50,994 nt of DNA from Mycobacterium sp. (GCA_051306235.1 JBPPMV010000474.1:1-50994); one strand, 5' to 3'; shown: positions 10,004 through 19,069, counted from the first letter of the stretch. The notes: a model not told the origin generated them from the sequence alone. Made by a program: numbers and translations.

Positions 10004-10819
10004 TCAGGGCCCGAGCAGGATCCGGGCCAGCTCGGTGGTCGTCTCGACGCCGTCGCCATAACCGCCCTGTCCGGCGAGGCTGTTCATGATGGCCAGGGTG
10101 TAGCGCTGGTTCGGGCCGGCGAAACCGACGGAGTTGACGACCCAGCCGCCCTCCTCCTGCGACCAGCCGTTCTTGTTGCCCGGGGACATTGCGGCGCCTG
10201 CGCCCCAGACCCCCCATTGTTGCGAGCTGTCGACGCGTCGCATCTCGGCGACCACCCCCGCGGCGTTGGCCGGTGTCAGTCCGGTCAGCACGTAGTTCAT
10301 CAGCGCATCGAAATCGTCGGCGGTGCCCTTCTGGAACCCCCAGTACGGGTAGACATCACCGAACCCGGGTTGCGGCCGGACATTCGTCATCCCGAGTCGG
10401 GCGAAGTTCGCGTTGAAGACGTTGGCAGTACCTCCGTAGCGCGACCACAGCGCGTCGGCGGCGTCATTGTCCGAACGCCGCAGCATCGCGACCATCTGAT
10501 CCCGGTCGGTGGCCGTCAGGCGCACCGTCCCGGCCTGTTCACGGATCAGCAGATCGGCGACCATCGCCAGTTTGATCGTCGACGCGGTCCAGATCGGCGT
10601 GCCCGCCGCCGCGCTGCGGTAGCGGGTGCCCGTCACCCGATCACGCAGCACGAAAGCGATGGTGCCCGGACGGGAGTCGATGTATTCCTCGGAGGCGGTA
10701 ATCCGCTGCTGCAGAGCGCATTTCGAATCCCCGACCGCGCATTCGGCCGAGGCCGGCGGGGCCATCGTCAGGCCTGCGCACAACAACCAGGTCACCACCA
10801 GGGCGAGGACCCGGTTCAC
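10004..10819 (-). CDS. Secreted penicillin-binding / class A beta-lactamase-like serine hydrolase
   Basis: Sec signal ending ASA-E; SxxK (ASTIK), SxN (RSDN) and K-x-G (NKNGW) motifs. Confidence 0.8.
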   Translation of the reverse strand: MNRVLALVVTWLLCAGLTMAPPASAECAVGDSKCALQQRITASEEYIDSRPGTIAFVLRDRVTGTRYRSAAAGTPIWTASTIKLAMVADLLIREQAGTVRLTATDRDQMVAMLRRSDNDAADALWSRYGGTANVFNANFARLGMTNVRPQPGFGDVYPYWGFQKGTADDFDALMNYVLTGLTPANAAGVVAEMRRVDSSQQWGVWGAGAAMSPGNKNGWSQEEGGWVVNSVGFAGPNQRYTLAIMNSLAGQGGYGDGVETTTELARILLGP

Positions 10820-11475
10820 CCCAGCGCGCTGTCGATGGCTTTACGAAGATCGTCGTAGCGCTGCAAGGCGACCTGCTCACCGTTGACGAAGAACGTGGGA
10901 GTGCCCATCACACCGAGCGCCTCGCCGTCGCGCTGATCGACCCGGATGCGCTCCAAGGTGGCGGGATCGTCGTAGGCCGACTCGAAGGCCCCCATGTCCA
11001 GGCCCAGGTCCGCGGCGAAGCCCTTGAACACGTCATCGGCGGGGGTGCGCTGCTCACCCCACTGCTCCTGCGTGTCGAACATCTTCCGGTACATGGCTTC
11101 GAGTTGGCCTTGCTGCGCGGCGGCTTCCACCGCACGGGCGGCACGTTCGCCGTTGAAGTGGCCCGACAACGGGAAGTACCGCAGCACGAATTCGACGCGG
11201 TCGCCGTACTCGGCCCGCAACTCCTCGACGATGGGATAGGCGGCGCGGCAGCCCTCGCATTCGAAGTCCAGGAATTCGACGAACGTCACCCGCGCGTCCG
11301 GCGGATCGGTCAACCGGTGACTGCTGTCACGGACCACCTGCACCGCGCCGGTGTCCGTGGGTTCGGCGCTGCGGGCGCCCTCACCGCGGGTGATGAGCAG
11401 AACCATCCCCACCGCGAGGATCAGCAGGACCGCGAAGGCGGTCACCCAGGCGCGTCCGGCACGGGTCTTCAACAC
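10816..11475 (-). CDS. Second DsbA-family thioredoxin-fold protein
   Basis: TM anchor, EFLDFECEGC active site and GTPTFF. Start placed at GTG 11475 behind a GGGGGAG Shine-Dalgarno (the ORF extends to 11529). Confidence 0.88.
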   Translation of the reverse strand: MLKTRAGRAWVTAFAVLLILAVGMVLLITRGEGARSAEPTDTGAVQVVRDSSHRLTDPPDARVTFVEFLDFECEGCRAAYPIVEELRAEYGDRVEFVLRYFPLSGHFNGERAARAVEAAAQQGQLEAMYRKMFDTQEQWGEQRTPADDVFKGFAADLGLDMGAFESAYDDPATLERIRVDQRDGEALGVMGTPTFFVNGEQVALQRYDDLRKAIDSALG

Positions 11476-11529
11476 GAATTCACTCCCCCGATGCGGCTCA
11501 CGACGCCCCGAATGGACGTTGACGTGCAT

Positions 11530-11548
11530 CTACGTAGTTACTACGTAG
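11530..11548. promoter_or_regulatory. Perfect palindrome CTACGTAGT-T-ACTACGTAG; putative BlaI/MecI/CopY-family operator
   Basis: 9-1-9 perfect inverted repeat between divergent dsbA2 and ldt, overlapping a TAGGAT -10-like hexamer (11546-11551). Confidence 0.6.
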
Positions 11549-11591
11549 GATGTTAGCGCAATGGCCCTTTCGCGCAGGACAGGACACATCG

Positions 11592-12821
11592 ATGGTTTCA
11601 CCGGCATCACCACGGCGGTCGGCATCTCGGCGGTACGCGATCAGACTGACGCTGGCGCTGATCACCGTGGTGGCGCTCGCCGTGGGGTTGACGGCGTGCG
11701 GCACATCTACCGCACCCCCGTCCGCGCAGCCCGTCATCGACAAGGGCACGCCCTTCGGTGACCTGCTCATCCCGAAACTGCAGGCATCAGTCACCGACGG
11801 CGATATCGGGGTCTCGGTCGACGAGCCGGTCACCGTCAGCGTCGAGGCCGGCGTGCTCGGCGAGGTGACCCTGGTCAATGCGCAGGGCCGGGTCGTCGAC
11901 GGGGAGCTGAGCCCCGACGGCGTCAGCTGGCGTTCGGCGGAACCGCTGGGATACAACAAGGAATACACCCTCGATGCCGATGCCTTCGGCCTGGGCGGGG
12001 TGACCCACACCAGCGCCACCTTCGAAACCCATTCGCCGCAGAACCTCACCATGCCCTACGTCGTGCCCGCTGACGGCGCGGTGGTCGGCGTCGGTCAGCC
12101 CATCGCGGTGAGCTTCGATGAGGTCATCCCCAATCGGGTGGCCGCGCAGCGCGCCATCACCGTCACCACCACACCCGCCGTGGAGGGCGCGTTCTACTGG
12201 CTCAACGGACGCGAAGTCCGATGGCGCCCCGCGCAGTACTGGAAGCCCGGTACCACGGTGGAAGTGCAGGTGAAAACCTACGGTGTCGATCTGGGCGACG
12301 GACTGTTCGGCCAGGACGATGTCACCTCCCGGTTCACCATCGGCGATGAGGTCATCGCGACCGCCGATGACGCCACCAAGACTCTGACGGTCCGCGTCAA
12401 CGGCGAGGTGGCCAAGACGATGCCGATCTCGATGGGCAAGAACTCCTCCCCCACCGATAACGGCACCTATATCGTCGCCGAACGCCTCGCCGACATGGTG
12501 ATGGATTCGTCGACGTATGGCGTGGCGGTGAACTCACCCGATGGCTACCGCACCGAGGTCAAGTGGGCCACCCGGATGTCCTACAGCGGGATCTTCGTGC
12601 ACGCGGCGCCCTGGTCGGTGGGCAGTCAGGGCCGCACGAATGTGAGTCACGGCTGTCTCAACGCGAGCACCGAGAACGCGAAATGGTTCTACGACAACAC
12701 CAAACCCGGTGACATCGTCGACGTGGTCAACACCGTCGGGCCGGCGCTGCCGGGCACCGACGGCCTGGGCGACTGGAACATCCCGTGGGAGCAGTGGAAG
12801 GCGGGTAACGCCGCGGCCTAG
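11592..12821 (+). CDS. L,D-transpeptidase lipoprotein (LdtB/LdtMt2-like)
   Basis: Lipobox LTAC, Ig-like domains, catalytic [21 protein letters not shown] and C-terminal [10 protein letters not shown]. Confidence 0.93.
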   Translation: MVSPASPRRSASRRYAIRLTLALITVVALAVGLTACGTSTAPPSAQPVIDKGTPFGDLLIPKLQASVTDGDIGVSVDEPVTVSVEAGVLGEVTLVNAQGRVVDGELSPDGVSWRSAEPLGYNKEYTLDADAFGLGGVTHTSATFETHSPQNLTMPYVVPADGAVVGVGQPIAVSFDEVIPNRVAAQRAITVTTTPAVEGAFYWLNGREVRWRPAQYWKPGTTVEVQVKTYGVDLGDGLFGQDDVTSRFTIGDEVIATADDATKTLTVRVNGEVAKTMPISMGKNSSPTDNGTYIVAERLADMVMDSSTYGVAVNSPDGYRTEVKWATRMSYSGIFVHAAPWSVGSQGRTNVSHGCLNASTENAKWFYDNTKPGDIVDVVNTVGPALPGTDGLGDWNIPWEQWKAGNAAA

Positions 12822-12840
12822 TGGCCGTCTCACCCGGTGA

Positions 12841-13755
12841 TCAGTGATGGCAGATCAGGTTGATGACGAGCGGCGCGCCGGAGATCACCGCGATGGTCGT
12901 CCACACCATCAATCGGTGACGCTGCAGACTCGCCCGTCCAGCCGGGACGAGTAGCCGGTTGGCCCGTAAGGCAATTGCGGTGGCACCGACTGCCAGACCC
13001 GCCGGTTGCACGGGGCCGGCCAACTCCAGCATTCCTGCGACCAGGGCACGGCTGCCGTGCCGCCGGGCGGCGATGTCATCGGCGCACATCTCCAGCAGAG
13101 CGGCGACCGCCAAAGCACCGCGGGTGAACAACGGTAGGCGCGACAAAGTGCCGGACAGTGCGCGCAGGATCATCAGTGTCTGATGATGACGTCCGGCGAT
13201 ATGGGCGTTCTCGTGGGCCAGCACCGCGTTCAGCTGCGGTTCGGTCAGCCGCTGCACGGCCGCGGACGTCACCACGATGGCATTGGGGCGGCCGAGGACG
13301 CAGTAGGCCGCGGGACGTTCCGCGGTGAGCACGAAGACATCCGGGCGCTCGGTGGGCAGACCGAGCAGCCTTGCCGCGTCCGCATGCTCATGGCTGCGGG
13401 AACGCAGACCCAGCACCGCGCGAACAACTTTCAGGCCCACGGCGGCGGTCAGGATCACTCCGCCGGTGATCAACATGAGCAGGCCGGGCAGCCCCGGGGT
13501 GGCGATCTGCTCGGGGAGGCCGAGCAGTTCCAGGCACACGACGAGCACCGGTGAATCCGGAAGGCCCCGTAGCCCGTTGACGACGATGAGGGATACCGCC
13601 ACCGTCCACGCCACCAGGACGCCGGCGATCGCGGTCAACCAGGCCGCTGCGCCCAGGCGCGGGTTCAGGCCGGTCCGGGTGAGCCGGGTCAGCAGCGGCG
13701 GTGCCAGCCAGGTCACCATCACCCCGTAGAGCAGCAGATAGACCGCAGCGGTCAT
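12841..13755 (-). CDS. M56/M48 family membrane metallopeptidase (BlaR-like, no sensor domain)
   Basis: TM segments, AVLAHENAH (HExxH) and LLEMCADD; coupled to BlaI. Confidence 0.9.
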   Translation of the reverse strand: MTAAVYLLLYGVMVTWLAPPLLTRLTRTGLNPRLGAAAWLTAIAGVLVAWTVAVSLIVVNGLRGLPDSPVLVVCLELLGLPEQIATPGLPGLLMLITGGVILTAAVGLKVVRAVLGLRSRSHEHADAARLLGLPTERPDVFVLTAERPAAYCVLGRPNAIVVTSAAVQRLTEPQLNAVLAHENAHIAGRHHQTLMILRALSGTLSRLPLFTRGALAVAALLEMCADDIAARRHGSRALVAGMLELAGPVQPAGLAVGATAIALRANRLLVPAGRASLQRHRLMVWTTIAVISGAPLVINLICHH

Positions 13756-14135
13756 CGGCGGCGCTTCTGGGTGCTCGACGACCGCAAAACCGCCTTCAGT
13801 TGGGCGGATTCGTCGGGCGACAGATGCTCGATGAAGAAGGCCAGAACGGTCTCGGGCTTGCCACCGGACTCGAACGCGGCCCGCATCAGGTGGGCCGAAC
13901 GCTCCTCACGGGTCATGGTCGCCCAGTACCGGTAGGCCTTCCCCTCGCGCTCACGGCGCACCCAGCCCTTGCGGTGCAGATTGTCCAGCGTCGAAAGTAC
14001 GGTCGTATAGGCGATCTGCCGTGCGTCGGCCAGTTCCTCGAACACGCCACGGACGGTGACACCGTCCTCGCGGTCCCACACCCGGTCCATCACCGTGGCC
14101 TCGAGGTCGCCGAATCCTCGTTGCTGCATGCGCAC
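13752..14135 (-). CDS. BlaI/MecI/CopY family transcriptional repressor
   Basis: GDLEATVMDRVW...AYTTVLSTLDNLHRKGWVRREREGKAYRY. Confidence 0.93.
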   Translation of the reverse strand: MRMQQRGFGDLEATVMDRVWDREDGVTVRGVFEELADARQIAYTTVLSTLDNLHRKGWVRREREGKAYRYWATMTREERSAHLMRAAFESGGKPETVLAFFIEHLSPDESAQLKAVLRSSSTQKRRR

Positions 14136-14251
14136 CTCCAGCCGGCCCTCGTGCCGGTCTGCGAGGCACCGGCGTGAGTACCCAATCTATCGTGAAATCG
14201 GTTCGCATATTCAGCACCGGTTCGCCCTGCCGGTGGCCTAACCTCCAGAAG

Positions 14252-15106
14252 ATGGGGAACTGGGAACACCAGGTGCAGTTCGGTGTGACCACGCCCGGGG
14301 GCCCATGCGCCACCGAGCAGATCGACGCCGTCACCACCCTGCTCGACAGGGTTCCTCAATACCTACTCTGGTACCAGGATTTCGCGTCTACACCGCCGGG
14401 GAAAGAGCTCGATGCGGCCGGGCGACTGGGTGCCTACCCGGTCATCACGTGGGAACCGTGGACGGGTGCCGACCGCGGGCCCGACACGATGCGCCGATTG
14501 GCCTCCGGCGCGCTGGACGAGTATGTGCACGAATGGATCACCACGCTGCGAGATTGGCAACGGCCGGTTTATTTGCGATTCGCGCACGAATTCAACGGTG
14601 ACTGGTATCCCTGGAGCCCTGCGGGCGGCACTCCGCCCGATGCATACCTGTCGACGTGGCGTCGAGTGCACGACATCTGCACCGACACAGCCGCGACCAA
14701 CGTGCAGTGGATGTGGTGCGCGGATGCGGGCGGACCACACCAAAAACACCTCCTCGACTGGTATCCCGGCGATGAGTTCGTCGACTGCTTTGGTGTGGAC
14801 GGCTACAACTGGGGCACATCTCAGCCCGGCACGTCATGGCGGGAAGCCGCGGATATCCTCGACAACGCGTTGGCGCAGACGGTGGGCTTGGCCGATGGCC
14901 GACCCGTTCTGATCTCGGAGGCCGGCTGCGCCGAATCCGGTGGCAGCAAACCGAACTGGATCATCTCCTTCGTCGACTACGTGCGCCGCCATCCCGCCGT
15001 GGCGGGCTTCATCTGGTTCGATCACGACAAGGAAACCGACTGGCGGATCGGCAGCACTCCGCAGTCGGCGGCCGCGATGCGCAGCGCGTTGAGGGAGCGA
15101 CGATGA
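14252..15106 (+). CDS. Glycoside hydrolase family 26 (beta-mannanase-like), no signal peptide
   Basis: ITWEPW, LRFAHEFNGDWYPW (acid/base Glu), YPGDEFVD..GVDGYNWG and ISEAG (nucleophile Glu). TAACCT lies 7 nt upstream of the ATG at 14252. Confidence 0.85.
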   Translation: MGNWEHQVQFGVTTPGGPCATEQIDAVTTLLDRVPQYLLWYQDFASTPPGKELDAAGRLGAYPVITWEPWTGADRGPDTMRRLASGALDEYVHEWITTLRDWQRPVYLRFAHEFNGDWYPWSPAGGTPPDAYLSTWRRVHDICTDTAATNVQWMWCADAGGPHQKHLLDWYPGDEFVDCFGVDGYNWGTSQPGTSWREAADILDNALAQTVGLADGRPVLISEAGCAESGGSKPNWIISFVDYVRRHPAVAGFIWFDHDKETDWRIGSTPQSAAAMRSALRERR

Positions 15107-16341
15107 GCGATCCATCCTTCGGAACCCGCTTTGTGCTGCCGCCCGAGGTGGAGGCCGCGCGGGTACACGCGGTGGATCAGCTCTATCTGCTGGACTCTCC
15201 CCCCGAGGACCGGTTCGCCAGGGTGACCAGCATGGCGCGTTGCGCTCTGGGCGTGCCGATGGCGGCGGTGTCCTTGGTCGCAGCCGACCGGCAGTGGTTC
15301 AAGCAGGCAGATGGCCTGGACCTCGACGGCAGCATCCCGCGCGATCAGACGATCTGTCAGGCCACCATCGCACGAACCTACGATGACGATCTCGATCCCT
15401 TGCTCGTCATAGAGGACACCCGCCGGTCCGAGTTCGCCGAACTGCCGGCGATCCGCGCCGAGGGCGGTATCCGGTTCTACGCGGGGTATCCACTGCGCGG
15501 CCCGGGCGGCCATGCGGTCGGCACTCTCTGCGTCTATGACACCTGCCCGCGCACGCTCGACGCCGGGCAACGGCGCACGTTCGTCGAGCTGGCGGGCTGG
15601 GCTGAACGCGAACTGCACAGTTCGGATGATCTGGAACGCGCCGCCGCCGTGCAACGTCAACTGCTCCCGCCGCCGCTCGCCGATCTGCCCGGCTACACGG
15701 TGCACGCGCTGTGCCTGCCGGCCTTCGCGGTCGGCGGCGATTTCTACGACCACTACCTGGTGCCCGGCGGGGTCGTGTTCACCCTTGCCGATGTCATGGG
15801 CAAGGGTCTGGCCGCTGCCATCCTCACCGCGACGGTGCGCTCGGCATTGCGCGGAGCGTCCCGTGTTGTCGAACGATCGGGTGCCCACGCAGATATCGCC
15901 GACGCGGTGAACGCGGTGGCCCACCAAATCTCCGACGACTTGAGCTGCACGGACAGCTTCGTGACCCTGGTGCACCTGATGCTGCGCACCGAGGACGGCG
16001 TACTGGATTATGTCGACGCGGGCCACGGGTTCGCACTCCACGTCCGCGGCGACGCGACGGTGGCACAGTTACCCGGCAGCGGACTTCCGCTGGGCGTGAT
16101 CCCGGACGAGATCTGGACATCGCGACGGGTGCACCTCGCACCCGGCGAGAGTGTCGTGCTGGCCTCCGACGGCGTGCTGGATCTGGTCAGCGACGGTTGC
16201 GATATCGGGCCTGCCCTGAGCTTCGTCGCCGAGCATGCCGATCCGGCCGAGTTGTGTGCCCGGATCCGCGCCTTGTCGGCTGCGCGCCCCGCGCTCGATG
16301 ACGTAACCCTCGTCGCCATCCGCCGGGAGCCGCTGACATGA
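15103..16341 (+). CDS. GAF-domain PP2C/SpoIIE phosphatase (RsbU-like)
   Basis: GAF (IRFYAGYPL..GTLCVYD) plus VGGDFYD, ADVMGKG, AGHG, LASDGV and DDVT motifs. Confidence 0.92.
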   Translation: MSDPSFGTRFVLPPEVEAARVHAVDQLYLLDSPPEDRFARVTSMARCALGVPMAAVSLVAADRQWFKQADGLDLDGSIPRDQTICQATIARTYDDDLDPLLVIEDTRRSEFAELPAIRAEGGIRFYAGYPLRGPGGHAVGTLCVYDTCPRTLDAGQRRTFVELAGWAERELHSSDDLERAAAVQRQLLPPPLADLPGYTVHALCLPAFAVGGDFYDHYLVPGGVVFTLADVMGKGLAAAILTATVRSALRGASRVVERSGAHADIADAVNAVAHQISDDLSCTDSFVTLVHLMLRTEDGVLDYVDAGHGFALHVRGDATVAQLPGSGLPLGVIPDEIWTSRRVHLAPGESVVLASDGVLDLVSDGCDIGPALSFVAEHADPAELCARIRALSAARPALDDVTLVAIRREPLT

Positions 16342-18329
16342 CGCACCGCCATCCGGACGCCGAGGTCGGCCGATACCCGTCACCGTGGCTGCGACTGCTG
16401 ATCCTGTGCACGGCGCTGCTGGGCATCAACTACATCATCTGGCGGTGGACATCCTCGCTGAACTGGTCCGCGTGGTGGATAGCGGTGCCACTGGTACTGG
16501 CCGAAACCTACAGTGTCATCGACTCGCTGCTGTTCGCCATGACGATGTGGCGGGTGCTGCGCCGCCATCCACCACCGCCACCTCCTGAGGGCGCCACCGT
16601 CGATGTACTGATCACCACCTACAACGAACCCATCTCGATGGTGCTGGACACCGCGCGAGCTGCCCAGGCCATCCATTATCCGCACAGCACCTGGATTCTC
16701 GACGATGGCAATCGGCCCGAACTTCATGCCGCTGCAACGGAACTCGGCGTGGGTTACGTCACCAGATCGGCAAGTTGGGATGACAAACCGCGCCATGCCA
16801 AAGCGGGCAACCTGAACAACGCGCTGTTCGAGACGGACGGCGAATTCATCCTCGTCCTGGACGCCGATCAGGTGCCAGACCCCCGCATTCTGGACCAGAC
16901 GCTGGGGTATTTCCGTGACCCCCAAATGGCGCTGGTACAGACACCGCAGTACTTCCACAACGTGCCCTTCAGCGATCCGCTGGGCAGTCAGGCACCGCTG
17001 TTCTACGGACCGATCCAGCAGGGCAAGGACGGCTGGAACGCAGCCTACTTCTGCGGATCGAATGCGGTGCTGCGACGCGAGGCACTGATACAACTCGGGA
17101 TTCGCGGCTATGTCCAGGCGGTCGAGGATGGCATCAAACGCACCCTTTATGCGGCCAGAAAGATGCTCAAGACTGCTGCATCGCAGGCAGATTCAGACCA
17201 TCCCGCAGTGCGGGCAGCGCTACAGTCGGTGCGCGAAGCGACCGCCGATGCCCGCAGGCAGCTGCGCGACAAGCGCGAACTGGCCGATATCACCTACGAG
17301 TTCCAGCAGCGGGTGGATGCCGCCGCACGGTCGGTGGTCGACGCGGATGTGACGGCGATGCGCGCCGATCTGGAAGTGATCACCGCGCTGCGGGACAACC
17401 CCGAACACACGTCCACCGCAGTCATCTTCGACGACGCCGCACTCACTTCGCTGGCGGGCCGGGAGTGGTCACCGCTGGGTGCCATCGAATCCATCGGCGC
17501 CATGGTCCGCGCAGTGGACGTCGGACGCGACGACGAGGCACAGCCCATCCTTCCGATGGCCACCATCTCGGTGACCGAGGACATGGCCACCTGTATGCGA
17601 CTGCACGCGCACGGCTGGAAATCGGCGTATCACCACGAAGTGCTGGCGCGCGGCCTGGCTCCTGACGATGTGCGCACCATGATGACCCAACGGCTGCGCT
17701 GGGCCCAGGGTACGGTCCAGGTGATGCTGAAGGAAAACCCCTTGGTGCAAAAGGGTTTGAGCATCGGCCAGCGCCTGATGTATTGGTCCACGATGTGGAG
17801 CTACTTTGCCGGTTTCGCCGCCCTGGCCTATATCGCCGCGCCCGCGATCTATCTGATATTCGGCATCATGCCGGTATCGGCGTACAGCTGGGACTTCTTC
17901 GGTCGGCTCATACCCTTTCTGATCCTGAATCAATTGATGTTCGTCATCATCAGCCGTGGCACTCCGACCTGGCGGGGCCAGCAGTACAGTCTCGCGCTCT
18001 TCCCGGTGTGGATCCGGGCGTGTGTCACCGCGTTCCGCAACGTCTACTTCGACCGGCCGTTGGGATTCGCGGTGACACCGAAGACGAAGCAGACGGTCGA
18101 CTCCATCCCGTGGCACCTGGTGAAATGGCAACTGGCAGCCATCGCGATGCTCGTGGTGGCATCCGCGATCGGCATCGCGAATCTGTACTTCGGCGCCATC
18201 TCGGTTCTGGGCGTCGGTGTCAACCTGTTCTGGGTGATTTTCGACATCGTCATCCTGAGCGTGGTGTTCCAGGCCGTCCGCTATCGGGGCCATGAACCCG
18301 AGGTCACCGACAATGAAGGAGTGCCATGA
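16338..18329 (+). CDS. Cellulose-synthase-like processive GT2 glycosyltransferase with an internal helical insert
   Basis: DVLITTYNE, DDG, HAKAGNLN, DAD, QTPQ, TED, QRLRW and FAVTPK gating loop; TM helices at both ends; no PilZ tail. Confidence 0.9.
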   Translation: MTHRHPDAEVGRYPSPWLRLLILCTALLGINYIIWRWTSSLNWSAWWIAVPLVLAETYSVIDSLLFAMTMWRVLRRHPPPPPPEGATVDVLITTYNEPISMVLDTARAAQAIHYPHSTWILDDGNRPELHAAATELGVGYVTRSASWDDKPRHAKAGNLNNALFETDGEFILVLDADQVPDPRILDQTLGYFRDPQMALVQTPQYFHNVPFSDPLGSQAPLFYGPIQQGKDGWNAAYFCGSNAVLRREALIQLGIRGYVQAVEDGIKRTLYAARKMLKTAASQADSDHPAVRAALQSVREATADARRQLRDKRELADITYEFQQRVDAAARSVVDADVTAMRADLEVITALRDNPEHTSTAVIFDDAALTSLAGREWSPLGAIESIGAMVRAVDVGRDDEAQPILPMATISVTEDMATCMRLHAHGWKSAYHHEVLARGLAPDDVRTMMTQRLRWAQGTVQVMLKENPLVQKGLSIGQRLMYWSTMWSYFAGFAALAYIAAPAIYLIFGIMPVSAYSWDFFGRLIPFLILNQLMFVIISRGTPTWRGQQYSLALFPVWIRACVTAFRNVYFDRPLGFAVTPKTKQTVDSIPWHLVKWQLAAIAMLVVASAIGIANLYFGAISVLGVGVNLFWVIFDIVILSVVFQAVRYRGHEPEVTDNEGVP

Positions 18330-18661
18330 GCCAGTTCGCCACCCGCACCGCAGCATCGGGCGTCACCGTGGTCAAACCCGCAGGACGTCTCAACATGGTC
18401 GCCGCGCCCACGCTTCGCAAGGAACTGCATACGATCGTCGACAGTGGACAGAGCCGTGTGGTCGTCGACCTCAGCGAGGTCGACTTCATCGACTCATCTG
18501 GCCTCGGTGCCCTGATCTCCGGGCTGAAGATCGCCCGCCAAGCCGGCGGTGATCTCCGCATTGCCGCCCCCACACTTCAGGTGATCACAGTCCTCGAGCT
18601 CACCAACCTGAACCGTGTTCTGCGTGCACATCCCGACGCCGACAGCGCCTTCGATGACTGA
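18326..18661 (+). CDS. STAS-domain anti-sigma factor antagonist (RsbV/SpoIIAA-like)
   Basis: VVVDLSEVDFIDSSGLGAL with the conserved phospho-acceptor Ser. Confidence 0.93.
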   Translation: MSQFATRTAASGVTVVKPAGRLNMVAAPTLRKELHTIVDSGQSRVVVDLSEVDFIDSSGLGALISGLKIARQAGGDLRIAAPTLQVITVLELTNLNRVLRAHPDADSAFDD

Positions 18662-19064
18662 CCCCGACGCGGTGGTGCTGGACACCGTCACCGGAGCGGA
18701 CACCTTGGCCGCCATTCAGCAGACCCTGGACACGGTGTGGAAGCACAACGAGATTCCGGAAATGGTGCGCCTGCATATGGATCTGGCGGTGGGCGAGATC
18801 GCCGCCAACATCATCGAACATTCCGGCGACGGGCAGCCCGTACATCTACGGATGACCATCGAACTGACCACCGACACCATTCGTGCCGTTTTCACCGACG
18901 ACGGGCACCCCACACCCATGGACCTGAGCCGCCTGCAGATGCCCGACGAGACGTCCGAGCGTGGACGCGGACTCGCGATCGCCTACCGGGTGCTCGATGA
19001 ACTGTCCTATCGTCGCGACTCCGAGGGAAACCATTGGACGTTGGTGCACAGCCGCGCGGAGTGA
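18654..19064 (+). CDS. Anti-sigma-type serine kinase / HATPase_c ATP-binding protein (RsbW-like)
   Basis: LAVGEIAANIIEH (N box), TDDG (G1) and ERGRGL (G2). Confidence 0.9.
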   Translation: MTDPDAVVLDTVTGADTLAAIQQTLDTVWKHNEIPEMVRLHMDLAVGEIAANIIEHSGDGQPVHLRMTIELTTDTIRAVFTDDGHPTPMDLSRLQMPDETSERGRGLAIAYRVLDELSYRRDSEGNHWTLVHSRAE

Positions 19065-19069
19065 ACCCC

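Noticed and set aside
14228-14246. Partial IdeR-like sequence (GCCTAACCT) upstream of GH26
   Set aside because: Only one half-site matches (about 12/19); it is better explained as the TAACCT -10 element.
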